44,967 bases of DNA, taken from assembly GCA_905178155.1 (NCBI GenBank), contig CAJINV010000006.1, positions 958,378-1,003,344 on the forward strand, given 5' to 3'. The notes beneath the pieces are model-generated. The model saw nothing but the letters and a program-made list of their open reading frames with translations. It did not search any database and had not been told where the DNA came from. The number at the start of each line of letters is the position of its first letter. The first letter of the stretch is position 1. The DNA is from Amoebophrya sp. A120 (Eukaryota > Protista > Dinoflagellata). Both the position numbers and the translations under genes were made by a program. Shown one piece after another: positions 1 to 12,039 of the stretch.

Positions 1-23
1 CCCGTTGGCCGTACGTTTCCCGT

Positions 24-116
24 TTGGGCGATGGGAGTTGTGCGATGGGCATTGCGCGATGGACATTGGACGGCGGACAGTGGGCGACTGGGCGATGGAC
101 ATTGGGCGATGGGCGA
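24..116. repeat. Degenerate TGGGCGATGG(AC) repeats
   Basis: Several imperfect copies of GGGCGATGG and GGACATTGG. Confidence 0.6.
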
Positions 117-273
117 ACTCCCAGAAGCTTTTGAAAGTTTGGAAATTACAAAAAAAGTTTCGACGTGGGCGGTTTTCTTTCCCGTCGCAAAATTTTAACT
201 TGCGCAGCTCAGCAATAGGAGTTATATAATGGCTTTCTCCTACTTTGTGTGCGCATGACAGGCAGGAGTGGAG

Positions 274-761
274 ATGCGAATGCTAGCAATTGAAATTTAT
301 GGACTTGAAAAAACAAAAGTTCTGCATCTGCTTGAAACAAAACCAACACACCACAGAAACCTCTCCCGCGTGGACAGCCGGCCAACCGTATGAGAGCGCA
401 CGTAGCTCTCCCTCCTCATTTGTGTTGCATGAACAGCAACACAAGCGCTGGCAGAGATGCAGCTTTTGCATGACAAATGGTTCGTAGCGAACTGTAGTGC
501 TGTTTTGGATTCCGGAATCTGTCATGCAAACAGTGCTAACAGGCACACCACAGGGTGGATATGGATTCGGAATTTCGCATGACACATGCGGGGAGGGGTA
601 GTTGTGCGCCTTCATAAACCGTGACCTCCTTGCACATGGACCGGGAACTGAAGAAAAATTACAGCCCGCGACAAAAATTTTTGAATCCGATGAATAAGAC
701 AAGGGCGCTGTCGTGGGCGAACCAACGTTTCCGGGCCGCAGCGGCGAGAGAAAAGAGGTAG
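274..761 (+). CDS. Possible short ORF or gene fragment (84 aa) spanning the 389-616 element
   Basis: Removing 389-621 leaves an open frame MRMLAIEIYGLEK..AAAREKR*. No recognisable domain. Confidence 0.25.
389..616. mobile_element. Introner family C
   Basis: TATGAGAGCGCAC...GTGCGCCTTCATA TIR; DR AACCG/AACCG. Confidence 0.85.
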
Positions 762-1694
762 ATGAAAATACGCGGCAAATACATGATGACCGGATTGCGT
801 GGTGAAGAAGGAGTTTTTCAAATGAGACGAGTAGCAAAATGCTCACCTTCTGTTGTGCTCCAGTAGCTAGTGTGAGTGCCTCGTAGCTCAGTGTGGTACA
901 TCTTCATAAAGGTCCTAGGTCATGAGCTGGGTAGTTTTCTTGTGGTGGAGCTTTTCCTTTAGTAGAATTTGGTAAGTTAAAGTTTGTAGTTCTTGATAGA
1001 CCGGCTTGCTTCAAAATTCTTCAGCTTTAGAAGTCTTGTATCGTTGTTGCAGCTAGAGCAGTCGCTTGACGTTGATTGCAGGAGCTTCCGCGCTATGGCC
1101 ACAGACTCCACAGCATCAGAAGATGGTCGTTCTTGCGCAACTGAAATGAATGTACGAATCAGTTCACCAGAGCCTTCAATGAAAACGAAAGTCGACGTGC
1201 TGGCGTTATTTGCTAGTAGCGCATGATGTGCGACTTCTCTCATCAGATAGCACAACGCTATGAAAATGAAATTCAAATTGTAAAAACCAACCAGAGCTGG
1301 AGCTACTTGCACTTAGACTTGTTTCAAGCGTGAAATTTGATTTGACGTCGCACCATCTTCGAGTGCCAATGAACACAATATTAAAGCGTCACGCGGGACG
1401 AGCGCTTGTGGTGCAGCTTCAGCGCAACTGCCTGCAAGCAGCAGATTGATTGTTCTTGTGCAGGAAGTATTTATTTAGCATTCAGTTCTTCTTGCGCGAT
1501 CATGAAAAAGATGAAGATCCCTATACGTTGTACGTTTTTGACATCGCATTCACACAGGGCAGCAAGCTACTTTTGCCTCCGTACTCGCTAGTTCTTGATG
1601 GTGCGGCCGGATCCACTGTCCAATTTTCTTTTCTACTTCTTCACTTAAGGTGACGAGGCTTCCAAGTATTTAGAGAGATGAACAAAGAGAAGAA

Positions 1695-1936
1695 ATTTGT
1701 CTTGCAGTAGGAGAAGGCAGGCCGATATCATGCCAGTGCGCAGAGGTTTTGGCCTAGGCACGTAGAATGGGGAACGCCTATGCTTTAGGACCAACAGCAT
1801 CACAAACCGCCTGCATGATGGGGCGGAACGGATGCCGTAGCTTTCTTGCAAGACAGACACGATTTGTGGTCACAAATCACAAATTTTGAGAGGCGTTCCT
1901 TTTCGATATGGGGAGGGGGGATTTTTCTTCTTGATA
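1695..1936 (-). mobile_element. Truncated family E element (inverted half)
   Basis: Ends ATATGGGGAGGGGGGATTTTTCTTCTTGATA; reverse complement of 2135-2365; the other terminus is missing. Confidence 0.75.
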
Positions 1937-2134
1937 TCGCAGCAGGACAATGTCGTAGTCGAGGAGGTCAGCAACAGCAACGAGACCACTTCCTCGCAGT
2001 CACGAGGTCGTCCCGGCGGAAAAAGAACCTCTACCTCCGCGTGTTGCAGCTTTGGCCGCGGCGGAGCCGGATTCTTAAAACGGAACGGGATGAAAAATAA
2101 GTATTTGTGTAGAAGACGAAGATGAAGAAGATGG

Positions 2135-2365
2135 TATCGTAAGGAAAAATCCCCCCTCTCCATATCGAAAAGGAGCGCCTCAGAGAATTTGTGATGCTGA
2201 TTTGTGACCACAAATGGCGTTTGTCTTGCAAGAAAGCAACGACGTGCACTCCGCCCCATTATGCAGTCGGTTTGTAATGCTGTTGGTCCTACAGTGTAGA
2301 CGTTCCGCATGCTAAGGGCCTAGGCCAAAACCTCTCTGCATTGGCATGGTGTGGGCCTGCAGCCT
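2135..2365 (+). mobile_element. Truncated family E element
   Basis: Starts TATCGTAAGGAAAAATCCCCCCTCTCCATAT, colinear with 19679-19920; right TIR missing. Confidence 0.75.
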
Positions 2366-2736
2366 TCCAACTACCTGGAGAGATGAACAAAGAGAAGGCG
2401 CCGCCGTGGTGGTGCCGGCGCTGTCGAAAACATTATCCACCGCGACGTGGTAACCTTGCCATCACCGTTCCGCTGTGTCACTGATCTCAGTCATCGTCCA
2501 CATATCTTTCTCTGCGCGGCTGCTCCAGGGAGAGCTTATAAAATATGTAGAGCGTTGATCTTGATTCTTCTTCTTCCAAAGCCCTTCCCTTGCTAGGTAG
2601 CAAAAAATGGAAATGCGACCACTCGCGGCCTCATTTTATTTTACGACTACACGTACAACTTCGACTTGGCTATAAAAATTGAGTCTGTTTATTTCAGTTT
2701 GATTTCATCATCCCGCACCAATACAAAAAGAACAAA

Positions 2737-5700
2737 ATGCGAAAAATGTTTCGACGACTAATGCACCTGCATCTCTTCGCCTTCGCGGCTCTCACGAAGA
2801 ACTTGGTGAGTTTTCTCGACTTATTTTTCATTTTCTGCAACGACAAACACGACCGCGCAAGCGCAACTACTCCCGACCACATCAAGCATGAACAATCCCA
2901 CCGCGGCGGCCCTTTTATTTTCGCTTCCGCCGCCCAACTCCTCGTCCAATCTGCCTACCCGCTCACGATTGACAAATACGAGCATGGCCGACTTTTGCCC
3001 AAGGCGAAGCAGGGACTCTATCGGAGCATCACGGGCCAAAGGCTCGAGGACTGGATGAACGTCAGCCCAGACACGAAGTTCAATTTCTACCCGGAAGAGT
3101 TGCTGTACCCGGTGAGGTTTCAGAGTAGTTTCGCTTTCCTGCCGGTTGTCACCGAACAGAAAAATCGGGTTCTTCCCACGCCAAAACGGATGAAGCACTT
3201 CTACTACGAAGTGGAAAACCCAAGGAAGAAACCCTGGGGGTACCGGAGGCTGGGCATGCGGGTTGACGCGGTGATATGCAGTGCAAAGAAAAGTATCGTA
3301 CTCGTAGCAGTAATCGCAGTACAAGATCGCTCAGCATGACAAATGGAATTTGTCATGCTGATTTGCCTTGGGAACCAGAGTTGTAACGCATGACTGGGAT
3401 TACTACGAGTCGAGTGCGATACTTTTGCAATGCATAGGTGAAATTGCATGACGATTCGTTCCAAAAACACACAACCGTGGACCGGGCGAGAGGATTGGTG
3501 TCGGATAGGGAAGTATCCCACGAAAAAACTGTTTCACTGTGGTGATTTTGCAATATCTGCATCACAAGTTTGTTACGCATGACACTGAAAATCTGTCATG
3601 CGGTGTTCCTAAAGGGAAAACACAGCTAGAAATCCATTGTCTTGCATGTGTAGCATGACACACGCTTCTGCGATCCATTTTCTGCATCACAAGTTCACAG
3701 TGAAAAAGTTTTTTCTTGCGATAGGAAGCGCTGGTTAGTTCTTTGCGGAAACTGCGAGTTGGTGGAGAAGGTGTCCTTGGAGCTGGTGGTGGTAGAACCA
3801 GTGGAAAAGAGCCACCAGCACCAACGTCTTGTCAACCCGCAAGCACCTTCGCCTTGCACGTGGAGCACACAGATCTGGTCCGGTCGATGGAGGACGGGAG
3901 TGACCAGAAGTTATGCATTGCAAAAATGTCTGGGTCTGAAAGGATGCAAGGTTTGTCAAGCTTGTCTGGCATGACCAATGACACCTGTAATGCATGCCCT
4001 AGCATCCCAGATATTTAGACGGCTTCCTGATGCCTACTCCGCATGAGAAATGGCCTCTCCGCATAGTACAAACTGGACTCCTCTGGCTGGTCATGCAATA
4101 CAGATTTTTTTAGAATCCAGAGATAGCATCACAAGTTACCACCTTCCAGACCCAGACATATTTGCATTTGATAGAAGTACCCCAAGGACGACCACGACCG
4201 GTCGTTTTATTACGATACGACAGGAGCAGGAGGTCGTGGACCAGGACCACGACCACCTCGTCCTTCCCCATATGCAATGCAAAAGCATCGTACTAGTATA
4301 AATCGCATGACAAATTCCCTCAGCATGAAAAACGGAATTTGTAATGCGGATTTCGGTTAAGAGGCAGATTTGTAATGCATGATTGCGATTACTACGAGTG
4401 CGATACTTTTGCACAGAATACCCCAGCAGGAACTACAACTCCCGGTGCTGCTGGTTCTAGTGCAAGTAGTATCAAATGCAAAAATGTCTGGGACTGGGTC
4501 TGGAAGAGTGCCAGACTTGTCATGCAGGTTTTCCATGACCCAGGAGGTCTGTGATGCTTGCCGTAGTATCACAGCTTCTGCGACGGCCTTCTGATGCTCA
4601 TACCGCATGACAAATGGAAATCCCCTCTCCGCGCAGCAAAGACTGGAGCTCTTTTGCTGTTCATGCAATACAGATTTTATGTGGGGTCCAAAGATAGCAT
4701 CACAAAGTGCATCCTGCCAGACCCAGACATGTTTATTTGCAGTTGATAAGTAGCGGCGGGAGTAGCGGGTCTACTGGGGGTAGCAGTCCGTGGCTCGCAG
4801 CCCGGACGGAAAGAAGACGGGACGCGCGGATCGTCGGCTTGGGAGGGGGCCACGGCCAGCCTGGAAGTATGATAAGCAGTCGTCCTCGCACACCAGGTCT
4901 CCTCGATTCCACCCGCCTGTATACGAGCAAGGCGCACAGAGAACTCTTCAGTAGGGAGGGGACTGAGAATCTTTGTCGGGGAGGAGATGATGACGGTCTC
5001 GAAGATCAAGCCGCAGCCGTGCATGAAGAACCCGGGAGGAAGTGCACCCCGAGCAAAACCTCGTCCGCCAGCTCTTTTTTATCGGTTTCATCTGAACGAG
5101 ACCGGGAAAACAAGCGCGAGCTGCAAAGAGAAGACGAGTTTTTTCGCGAGCAGGAAAAACTGCAATCACTTCACCCCTACGACCGCAATATCAAGCACCG
5201 CATCCGGGACGTGTTTGGACTCCTTCCCAACATGAAGCGGGTCTACACAGTCGCCCGGCCGGCGAGCGGGGGCAAGTTCTGCGTCATTCTTTACTTCCAC
5301 GGCAACGGCGAGAATGTAGAGGAAAGTTACGAGGAGTTTCTGAAACTTGCGGCGGCTATATGACTGTGCACAACTCCCCTCCCCCTCATTTGTCATGCAA
5401 GATACCCAATAAAAATCCACCTTTTGCCTCTTGGTACTGTTTGCATGACAAGTTCTGGTTGCCAAAATAGCACTATGCTTCAGTGTAAATTTTCTGTCGT
5501 GCAAAGCCGGCATTTTTACTGATGCCTGTATTGCTCTTCATGCAATACAAATGAGGGGGACGAGGGGGGGTTGTGCACTGTCATAGGCTACAGGCTGCGA
5601 CGTCCTAGCGCCGGAGTATGCGAATTACGTTGACGTGGAGGAGGTATCAAATGCAAGAGTGTCTGGGTCTGGAAGAATGCAACTTGTGATGCTGCATTTG

Positions 5701-8700
5701 GATGTCTAAAAAATTTGTGTTGCATGAGCAGCAAAAGGAATCTCATTTCTGCTACGCGCCGGAGAGGGCATCTGTCAAGCGGAATAGGCATCAAGAATCC
5801 CTCAAAAAACCTGTGATGCTAGTGCATGCATCACGGACATCATGGCTCATGCAGACCGTGCATGGCAAGGCTGAGAATCTTCCAGACCCAGACATTTTTA
5901 CATTTGATAGGAGGAAAGGGAAAACGAATTCTGGGAGGAAAGAACTGCAAGCGCTTCGTGGGCGGGAAGAGCTGCTAGTACCACGACAGGAGCTGCGAGT
6001 AGTAGTGCTGCGACCACCGCCGGGGTTGCTAAAAATACTGCAAGTCGTACTACCGCTGCTCCTGGGGTGATTGTCGAGGAGGAAAGCGACAAATCAGAAA
6101 CGGAATCCGCCTGCTGCGAAAACACCAGCCGGAAGAAGATGGAAAGTAAATACAAAAACTCTGTGCCCTACCTGGTGCGGCAGACTGGGAGACTGGCTTT
6201 GGACTTTTTGAAAAATTACTACGACATGGACAAAATCGACCTTTACCTGCACGGCTTTTCCATTGGTGCCTGGAGTGTGGTATGCATTGTAAAAGGACTC
6301 TCCTACTTGTTGTAGTAATTGCAGATAAGTGCATGACAAATCGCCTTTCTAAGCTAAAGCAGCATTACAAATTCCATTTGTCGTGCTGCGCAAATTTGTA
6401 TTGCAAGTTTAGCTACTAGTGCGACGCTTTTGCAATGCATATGTGGTTTCCCTTGCGGAAGAAATTTTGCGGGATAACGTGCAGCTGCTGGAACACGAGT
6501 TTTGGTGGCATCAAAGAACGAGTTCTGGTGTTGATGTAGTTGGACCTGAAGATGAACGTCATAATTCGCGGCAGGACAATTATGTCCTAGTCGAAGAGGT
6601 CAGCAACAGCAACGGGACCACTTCCTCGCAAACGCAATCACGAGGACCCGGCGGAAAAAGAACCTCTACCTCCGCGTGTTGCAGCTTTGGCCGCGGCGGA
6701 GCTGGCTTATCAAAACGGAACGGGATTAAAAATATTTGCGTAGAAGACGAAGATGAAGATGGCAGTAGCCCAAGATCAGCGTCCTCTTCCTCGAAAAGTG
6801 GTTTTTTGTCCGGGCGGGAGTCTAGAAGTTCTGACAACCACTATCAAATGCAAATATGTCTGGGTCTGGAAAGGTTGAATCTGTATTGCGTGTCCACCCT
6901 TCCTGAAAATAAATCTGTATTGCATAAAAGCAACAAAAGCGCCACAGTTTCGTCATGAAGCATCGCAGTTTGTAATGCGCGCTAAGCATCAAAAAGCGCT
7001 TGAAAAATTTGTTATGCTACACTGCACTTACAGGCGCACTCAATCATGACCATTCAGCATTACAAGTTTCGTCCAGGCCCAGACATATTTTCACTTGATA
7101 ACCACAACGAACAAGCAACTACATGTTGTGGAGCGGCGGAACCTGCAGGACCTTCTGCTGTGCGTGCCGGGCATCGGCCCGGAGGAGGCGTTTCTGTAGC
7201 TGCCTCGTCGTCCTCTCGTGCCTCCTGTTGCCCTTTTGTAGCTCCGTGGCAAATATTAAATTGGAACCACCACCAGTCCTGCTCTCCCAACGGGTCTGTT
7301 TCTTCGGCTGGCACGACGGGACACAGGCTGCTAGGCTTGGGAGATTACGAGGAAGAGGAGTTGTGCGTTGTCGGTAATGCAGGTGGAACGAACTCCGGAG
7401 GTTCTAGTGCCGGAGGTTCTTGCGGCCCGGATGCAAGTACTCTTCTACCCGGGACGTCGATCAGAGGAGGCCCGACACCAGGGTCGTACTACACTACCGC
7501 GGAAACTACAACGCCCGGAAATTTGAATTTTGATGTTCACCATCAACATGGCAACATCATGTCTCGTCCTGAGAATGCTGATATCGAATACATCGTTCCG
7601 GATGGGACGCCGAGACAGGAGCAATTCGTGACAGGAGAAGAAAACCACCGAGGCGGAGACCACAGCTTTTACGAAACAGCACCAACGACCGAGCTGCAAA
7701 AAAATCACCAGCAGCTGCCGCTAACCTCATTCCAGGGTACAACTAGAACGGCTGGTGGGAAAAACGACACTGGTACATCAACAGCATCAAACAGCAACCC
7801 AATCACCCTCCGCCCGCCAGGAAGTGGACCACCGGCGCCATCGACAGCTGCCTGCTCATCGTCCTCCGGTCGTTATTTTTCAGAAAATAAGTTGCAAAAG
7901 AAAAAAATCAAAATCTCGGGTATCATTCTCGAAAACGCTTTGTCCTCAGCCGAGACGGTGCTGACCGAAGCGTACTCGCTTCCCTTCCAACTCTGTGGCG
8001 CAAAAACCGTTTTCGGTTGTGCGGCGCGACAGATGACCACGAGGACAACTTCTGAAGCAGCTTCAGCATCTTTCGGCTGTTCAAGGGCAGGAAGAGAACA
8101 AAAGCGCCACTGCTCTGAGGACGACGATGTTGACCTCCAGGAACAAGACGACCACGACGAGATGAACGACCCGGACTCCTTTCTGAATGTCGGGAAGAAA
8201 TTAGAGTCGATCGTGAAATTGCAACAAGCGAATGAGGACTGGAAGAAGAAAATCAGAAGCCGTTTGAACGAGAAGGAAAACCAAAAAATCGACGATAACC
8301 TTGATCGTAGTACCACTTTCCTGCGAGACCATGCCTTGAACCTCCTTTTCCTGCACACGCTCAACGACGAGGTGGTCGGGGTGGAAAGTTTGGTGCACAA
8401 CGTTCAGGCGGTGTTGTCGGCGATAGCACCGGCGCGATTACCTGGTGAAGAAAAAGAGGAATCGGCCACGTTGATGGATTCCCGGCTCGCTTTGAAACAA
8501 CAGTACGCGGATGAGTATCAAATGTAAAAATGTCTGGGTCTGGAAGAATGCATGTTTGTCATGCTTGTCTGGGATGACTCTTAAATCTGTCATGCACATT
8601 ACCCAAGAGCCCAGCTGTTCTGTCATGCAGAAACGCAGTTTGTCATGCAGAGTAGGCAACACCTAGAAGCTCAGAAAGTTGTCATGCTGCGCCATCGCTT

Positions 8701-9670
8701 GTGGCCTCCTCCTGATACGCCACTCAGCATCACAAGTTTCCAGACCCAGACATTTTTGCATTTGATAATGAGATAGACCACGCGATTTCGAAACACGCTG
8801 CGCTCTTCGCAAGACAAAGCTGGCTCCCGATCCGGTGGGGCGTTTTTGGGGGAGGTGGGCCTCTTGCCGCGAGTAGTACTCCTTTGGACATCAAGCGAGT
8901 AGTAGATGAAAACCGAGATAATAATTCGGCAGGTCCTACTTCCCACAACAGTGCGGTACGAGCAAAAAACAATCAGGATAAACTCGACTTCATCGACCCG
9001 CTCCGCTCCTTACTATCAAATGCAAATATGTCTGGGTCTGGAAGGATGCAACTTGTGACGCTACTTTTGGAATCTACATAAAATGTGTATTGCATCATGA
9101 ACAGCACAAGATGTGTAATTTGTGCTACGCGGAGAGGGCATTTCTCCTGCGGTATGAGCATCAGAAAGCCCTCGCAAAATCTCGGATTCTCGGGCATGCA
9201 TCACAGACCTCATGGGTCATGCAAAATCTGCATGACAAACTCCTGCACTCTTCCAGACCCAGACATTTTTGCAATCCATACTTACGGTCCGAAGTGAACG
9301 CCGCGCAACCGATATGCGAGAAAAAAACTGTGTAAGTGTAACTTTGTATTATGCAGAAGATGCAATAGAGTTATACACCTGTCATGCCAGACAACCACGA
9401 AGTCCTCTTTTCATGTGTGTTTTCCCTTACAAGCCACGCATGACAGGTTTTCGCTGTCATGTAGAGCAAATTTGTCATGCTATCAGCCAAGGAAAGTTAC
9501 ACTAACACGGTTTTTTTCTTGGATAACCGAAATTCGCGAAGAAGCTAGAAGTGGCCGAGGTTATTTCGTTGCAAACGGTTTTGTACGATTACGGGGGACA
9601 CAATCGGGTTTCCGCCCCGGTCCGCCGAGGGTTCATGGTGAACATTGCGCAGGGGGTTTTGAATCCGTAA
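2737..9670 (+). CDS. Alpha/beta-hydrolase (ABHD13/ABHD17-like serine hydrolase), 13 exons, 1388 aa after removing 12 introners
   Basis: Exons 2737-3274, 3442-3513, 3729-3911, 4179-4270, 4426-4469, 4754-5358, 5591-5644, 5915-6280, 6447-6841, 7106-8515, 8773-9013, 9286-9312, 9531-9670 join into one open frame (4167 nt). Motifs in family order: ILYFHGNGEN, DVLAPEY, YLHGFSIG (GxSxG Ser), ISGIILENALSS, LFLHTLNDEVV (Asp), YGGHN (His). Confidence 0.88.
3275..3436. mobile_element. Introner family B
   Basis: TATGCAGTGCAAA..AGTATCGTACTCG / CGATACTTTTGCAATGCATA; DR GGTGA; removal restores frame. Confidence 0.92.
3514..3723. mobile_element. Introner family D
   Basis: TATCCCACGAAAAAACTGTTTCACTGTG / CACAGTGAAAAAGTTTTTTCTTGCGATA; DR GGAAG. 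Confidence 0.92.
3912..4173. mobile_element. Introner family A
   Basis: TATGCATTGCAAAAATGTCTGGGTCTG / CAGACCCAGACATATTTGCATTTGATA; DR GAAGT. Confidence 0.92.
4271..4420. mobile_element. Introner family B
   Basis: B-type TIR; DR CCCCA. Confidence 0.92.
4470..4748. mobile_element. Introner family A
   Basis: A-type TIR; DR AGTAG. Confidence 0.92.
5359..5585. mobile_element. Introner family C
   Basis: TATGACTGTGCACAAC / GTTGTGCACTGTCATA; DR GGCTA. Confidence 0.92.
5645..5909. mobile_element. Introner family A
   Basis: A-type TIR; DR GGAGG. Confidence 0.92.
6281..6441. mobile_element. Introner family B
   Basis: TATGCATTGTAAAAG / CTTTTGCAATGCATA; DR TGTGG; lies just after the GFSIG nucleophile motif. 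Confidence 0.92.
6842..7100. mobile_element. Introner family A
   Basis: A-type TIR; DR ACCAC. Confidence 0.92.
8516..8767. mobile_element. Introner family A
   Basis: A-type TIR; DR ATGAG. Confidence 0.92.
9014..9280. mobile_element. Introner family A (opposite orientation to 4470)
   Basis: A-type TIR; DR CTTAC. Confidence 0.92.
9313..9525. mobile_element. Introner family D (variant)
   Basis: TATGCGAGAAAAAAACTGTGTAAGTGTAACTT / AAGTTACACTAACACGGTTTTTTTCTTGGATA; DR ACCGA. Confidence 0.9.
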
Positions 9671-10989
9671 AGGAGTTGAAGACCACTAGATCTACGTAGC
9701 ATTACCATTATGCACTTTCATAAAATACAAGGATAGATGAAGTGATAGTCGTGGTAAGGATTCATTCACGCTCACAATTTCTACATACGAAAAGATGCTT
9801 TTTTTCTGAAAAAATGCACCCTCTTATTTTTGATTTTGAGTCTGAAAATGTATGGGTAAAAGTTAATATCTTGGTTGTGGTTCAATTACAATTTGAGTAT
9901 AAAGTTGTGTGATGAATGCGACCTTTTATTCGAGACGGGGTGGGGTTGGTGAAGTCGTTCGTAGAAACACAAGGATAGAGAAAGAAAGATGCGGAGCCGG
10001 TATCTTTAAAATGGAAAACAGAAAAATGAAAATTGTTAGCTCGCCGTAGTACCATCGGTTTGCGTAGCCTATATAAGATGCTTGACGGAAAAAAATCCAA
10101 TTGCACCTCGTCGGGTTCGACCAACAGGGGGCCCAACTAATCGTTAATTCGATATCTTCGTGTTGTGGGGTCAAACTTATCGTGTTTGCAGTTTCTATTG
10201 AAGTAGGTTGCAGCTGAGATGAGAGCAGCAGCATGTACTAGTCCTATCGTTCTGTACAGTCTGTGTAGGTAGCACATTCCTTTCGAGCTGGTGCACCAGG
10301 GGACAAGTAGATCGTGAGAGAAATGGAAAAAGTCTCGTCTCGGGTCTCCTGTACTAGACGAGCGCAGTTGTCTCGTTATTCATCAAATATTCGGGCTCCG
10401 TAAACAGAAACCTTCCAATCTTAAGTAATGTAGTAGTGCACGACTAAATAAGTTCTTGTACGCAGCACTAAGTCATGTTTAGGAAGCAGCACATTGTTTG
10501 ACTATGATTGATGCGAGTGCGAGTTGCTAGGTTGTTCTCATGTTCGTCCGCTAGCGGCGACGAAACGTAATCAATACTTACTTCGCTCCGCAAGTAACTA
10601 CTACGGTACAACTATGGTCCGCCTCGCAAGCGGCTTTGGCGCTGGCCCACCAGCACGAGCCCCAGAAGATGAAGTTCTACTACCAACCGCGAGGCCCCCC
10701 GGGCTTGGAGATCTTCTTCATGAACACGTTGTGAAGAGTAGTTCATCCACTACAGCTACGAGAACAGTTTCCTCGCCTGCGTTGAGTCCTCTACTTCGTG
10801 CTGTCAGTACCAGGGTAGTTGGCAGCTTTTTAAGAATACCCTCGCGACGGAGGTCCTCCGACCGCTGCACGACAACCTCTTCGTCATCCTCTTGCTCTTC
10901 ACCTTCTTCAAGCAGAAGTACAAGTATGTCGATGAAGAGAAGAATTACTACGACGAAAGAACCCCGCACTGACAAATCAGCAAGCTTTG

Positions 10990-11232
10990 GCTATTGCGCA
11001 TGACACGTTTGGCCTGCTCGTAGTCTAATCCTCTTGAGCTACTTAGTTCATCGATCAGCGTCGCAGATGTAGCGCATGGTGCTGATTCGAGCGTCGCAAA
11101 TTATTCCACAACAGGACTAGAAATTGCTAGTCACGAGACTGCTCCGTATGAGATCGTGAAGCATTCTAAGCACCATGCAGATTTGCATGAGACAACTCGT
11201 GTAGGGTGTGGTCCCCGTTTTTACTCAGGATG
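10990..11232. mobile_element. Remnant of a family F introner (right end only)
   Basis: Ends ..CGTTTTTACTCAGGATG, like the F right end ACGTTTTTACCCAGGATA; contains a GCATGACA motif; left end lost at the junction with the duplicated module. Confidence 0.5.
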
Positions 11233-12039
11233 CGAGTTTCTGGTGGTTTTGGGCGTCACGGTCTTCTCCGGAGCCGTCAGCGATTTCTTGAAAGACATGC
11301 GCAAGACGTTCTTCCAGGAAGGGCTGCCGGCCCCCGGCACGCAGACCACACTCCAAAACGAGGTAAACGTGCGGAAACATCTTCTCGAACTGCAAAAAAA
11401 GAATGCCAGTTTCTGGCAAAGAGCGACTGGCCGGCTGCCACCCATCAAAAAAACAACTCTGGAATTGCTCAAGGAACTGAGCAACAGTTCCGAATGGGCT
11501 TGGAATCCCTTTTACTGGAACTCCCGAAAGCAGCTGGCGGAGTCGCTCCTCGATGTGTTGGCAGTCGGCTGCCAGAAGGTGCTCGACAAGGATGCAAAGA
11601 TTTTCACCTCTTTGGTAATCGGTGACAAGCAGTACTACGTAGGGGAAGTAGTTCTCAAGAAGGGAGCTTCCTTTCAGCCGGGCCGCGATACCGATATCTC
11701 CAATTATCGGCTTGAAGGCATGGGCACGATGACGGCCAGGGCACGCTCACGCTCTCTAATGGAGAAAAGTACGAGGGGGACTGGGCAAACGGGAACAAGA
11801 ACGGCAAAGGCACGCACACGTTCCTTGATGGATCAACGTACGAGGGGGGGTGGAAGGACGGCGAGGTGGACGGCTCGGGCAAGCTCACGTGCAAGGGTGG
11901 GAACATTGTTCACGAGGGAAAATGGAAATGGACCAGAGAGGGCCAACTTCTTTTGACGAAGGCTGGAAGCGAACAACTTCGTTTCGAAGGTGGCGACGGC
12001 TACGTTTCTTGGTTCTGCAGCCAGGAGCCCGCCAGTTGA
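11233..12039 (+). pseudogene. Frameshifted, 5'-truncated MORN-repeat paralog
   Basis: ORF 11156 reads ..LEGMGTM, then the frame shifts at about 11731 to DGQGTLTLSNGEKYEGDWANGNKNGKG..YEGGWKDGEVDGSG, with a stop at 12037-12039. The C-terminus resembles that of the 16134 protein. Confidence 0.7.

Noticed and set aside
2372-2449. Kinase-like YL..NIIHRDV fragment on the + strand
   Set aside because: The motif continues VVT rather than xKxxN and no other kinase subdomains are in frame; at most a tiny relic.
3275-9525. Regularly recurring repeats suggesting a CRISPR array or bacterial REP/IS elements
   Set aside because: The repeats are inverted pairs bounding 150-400 bp elements, separated by exons of variable length. 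No cas genes or prokaryotic gene organisation.
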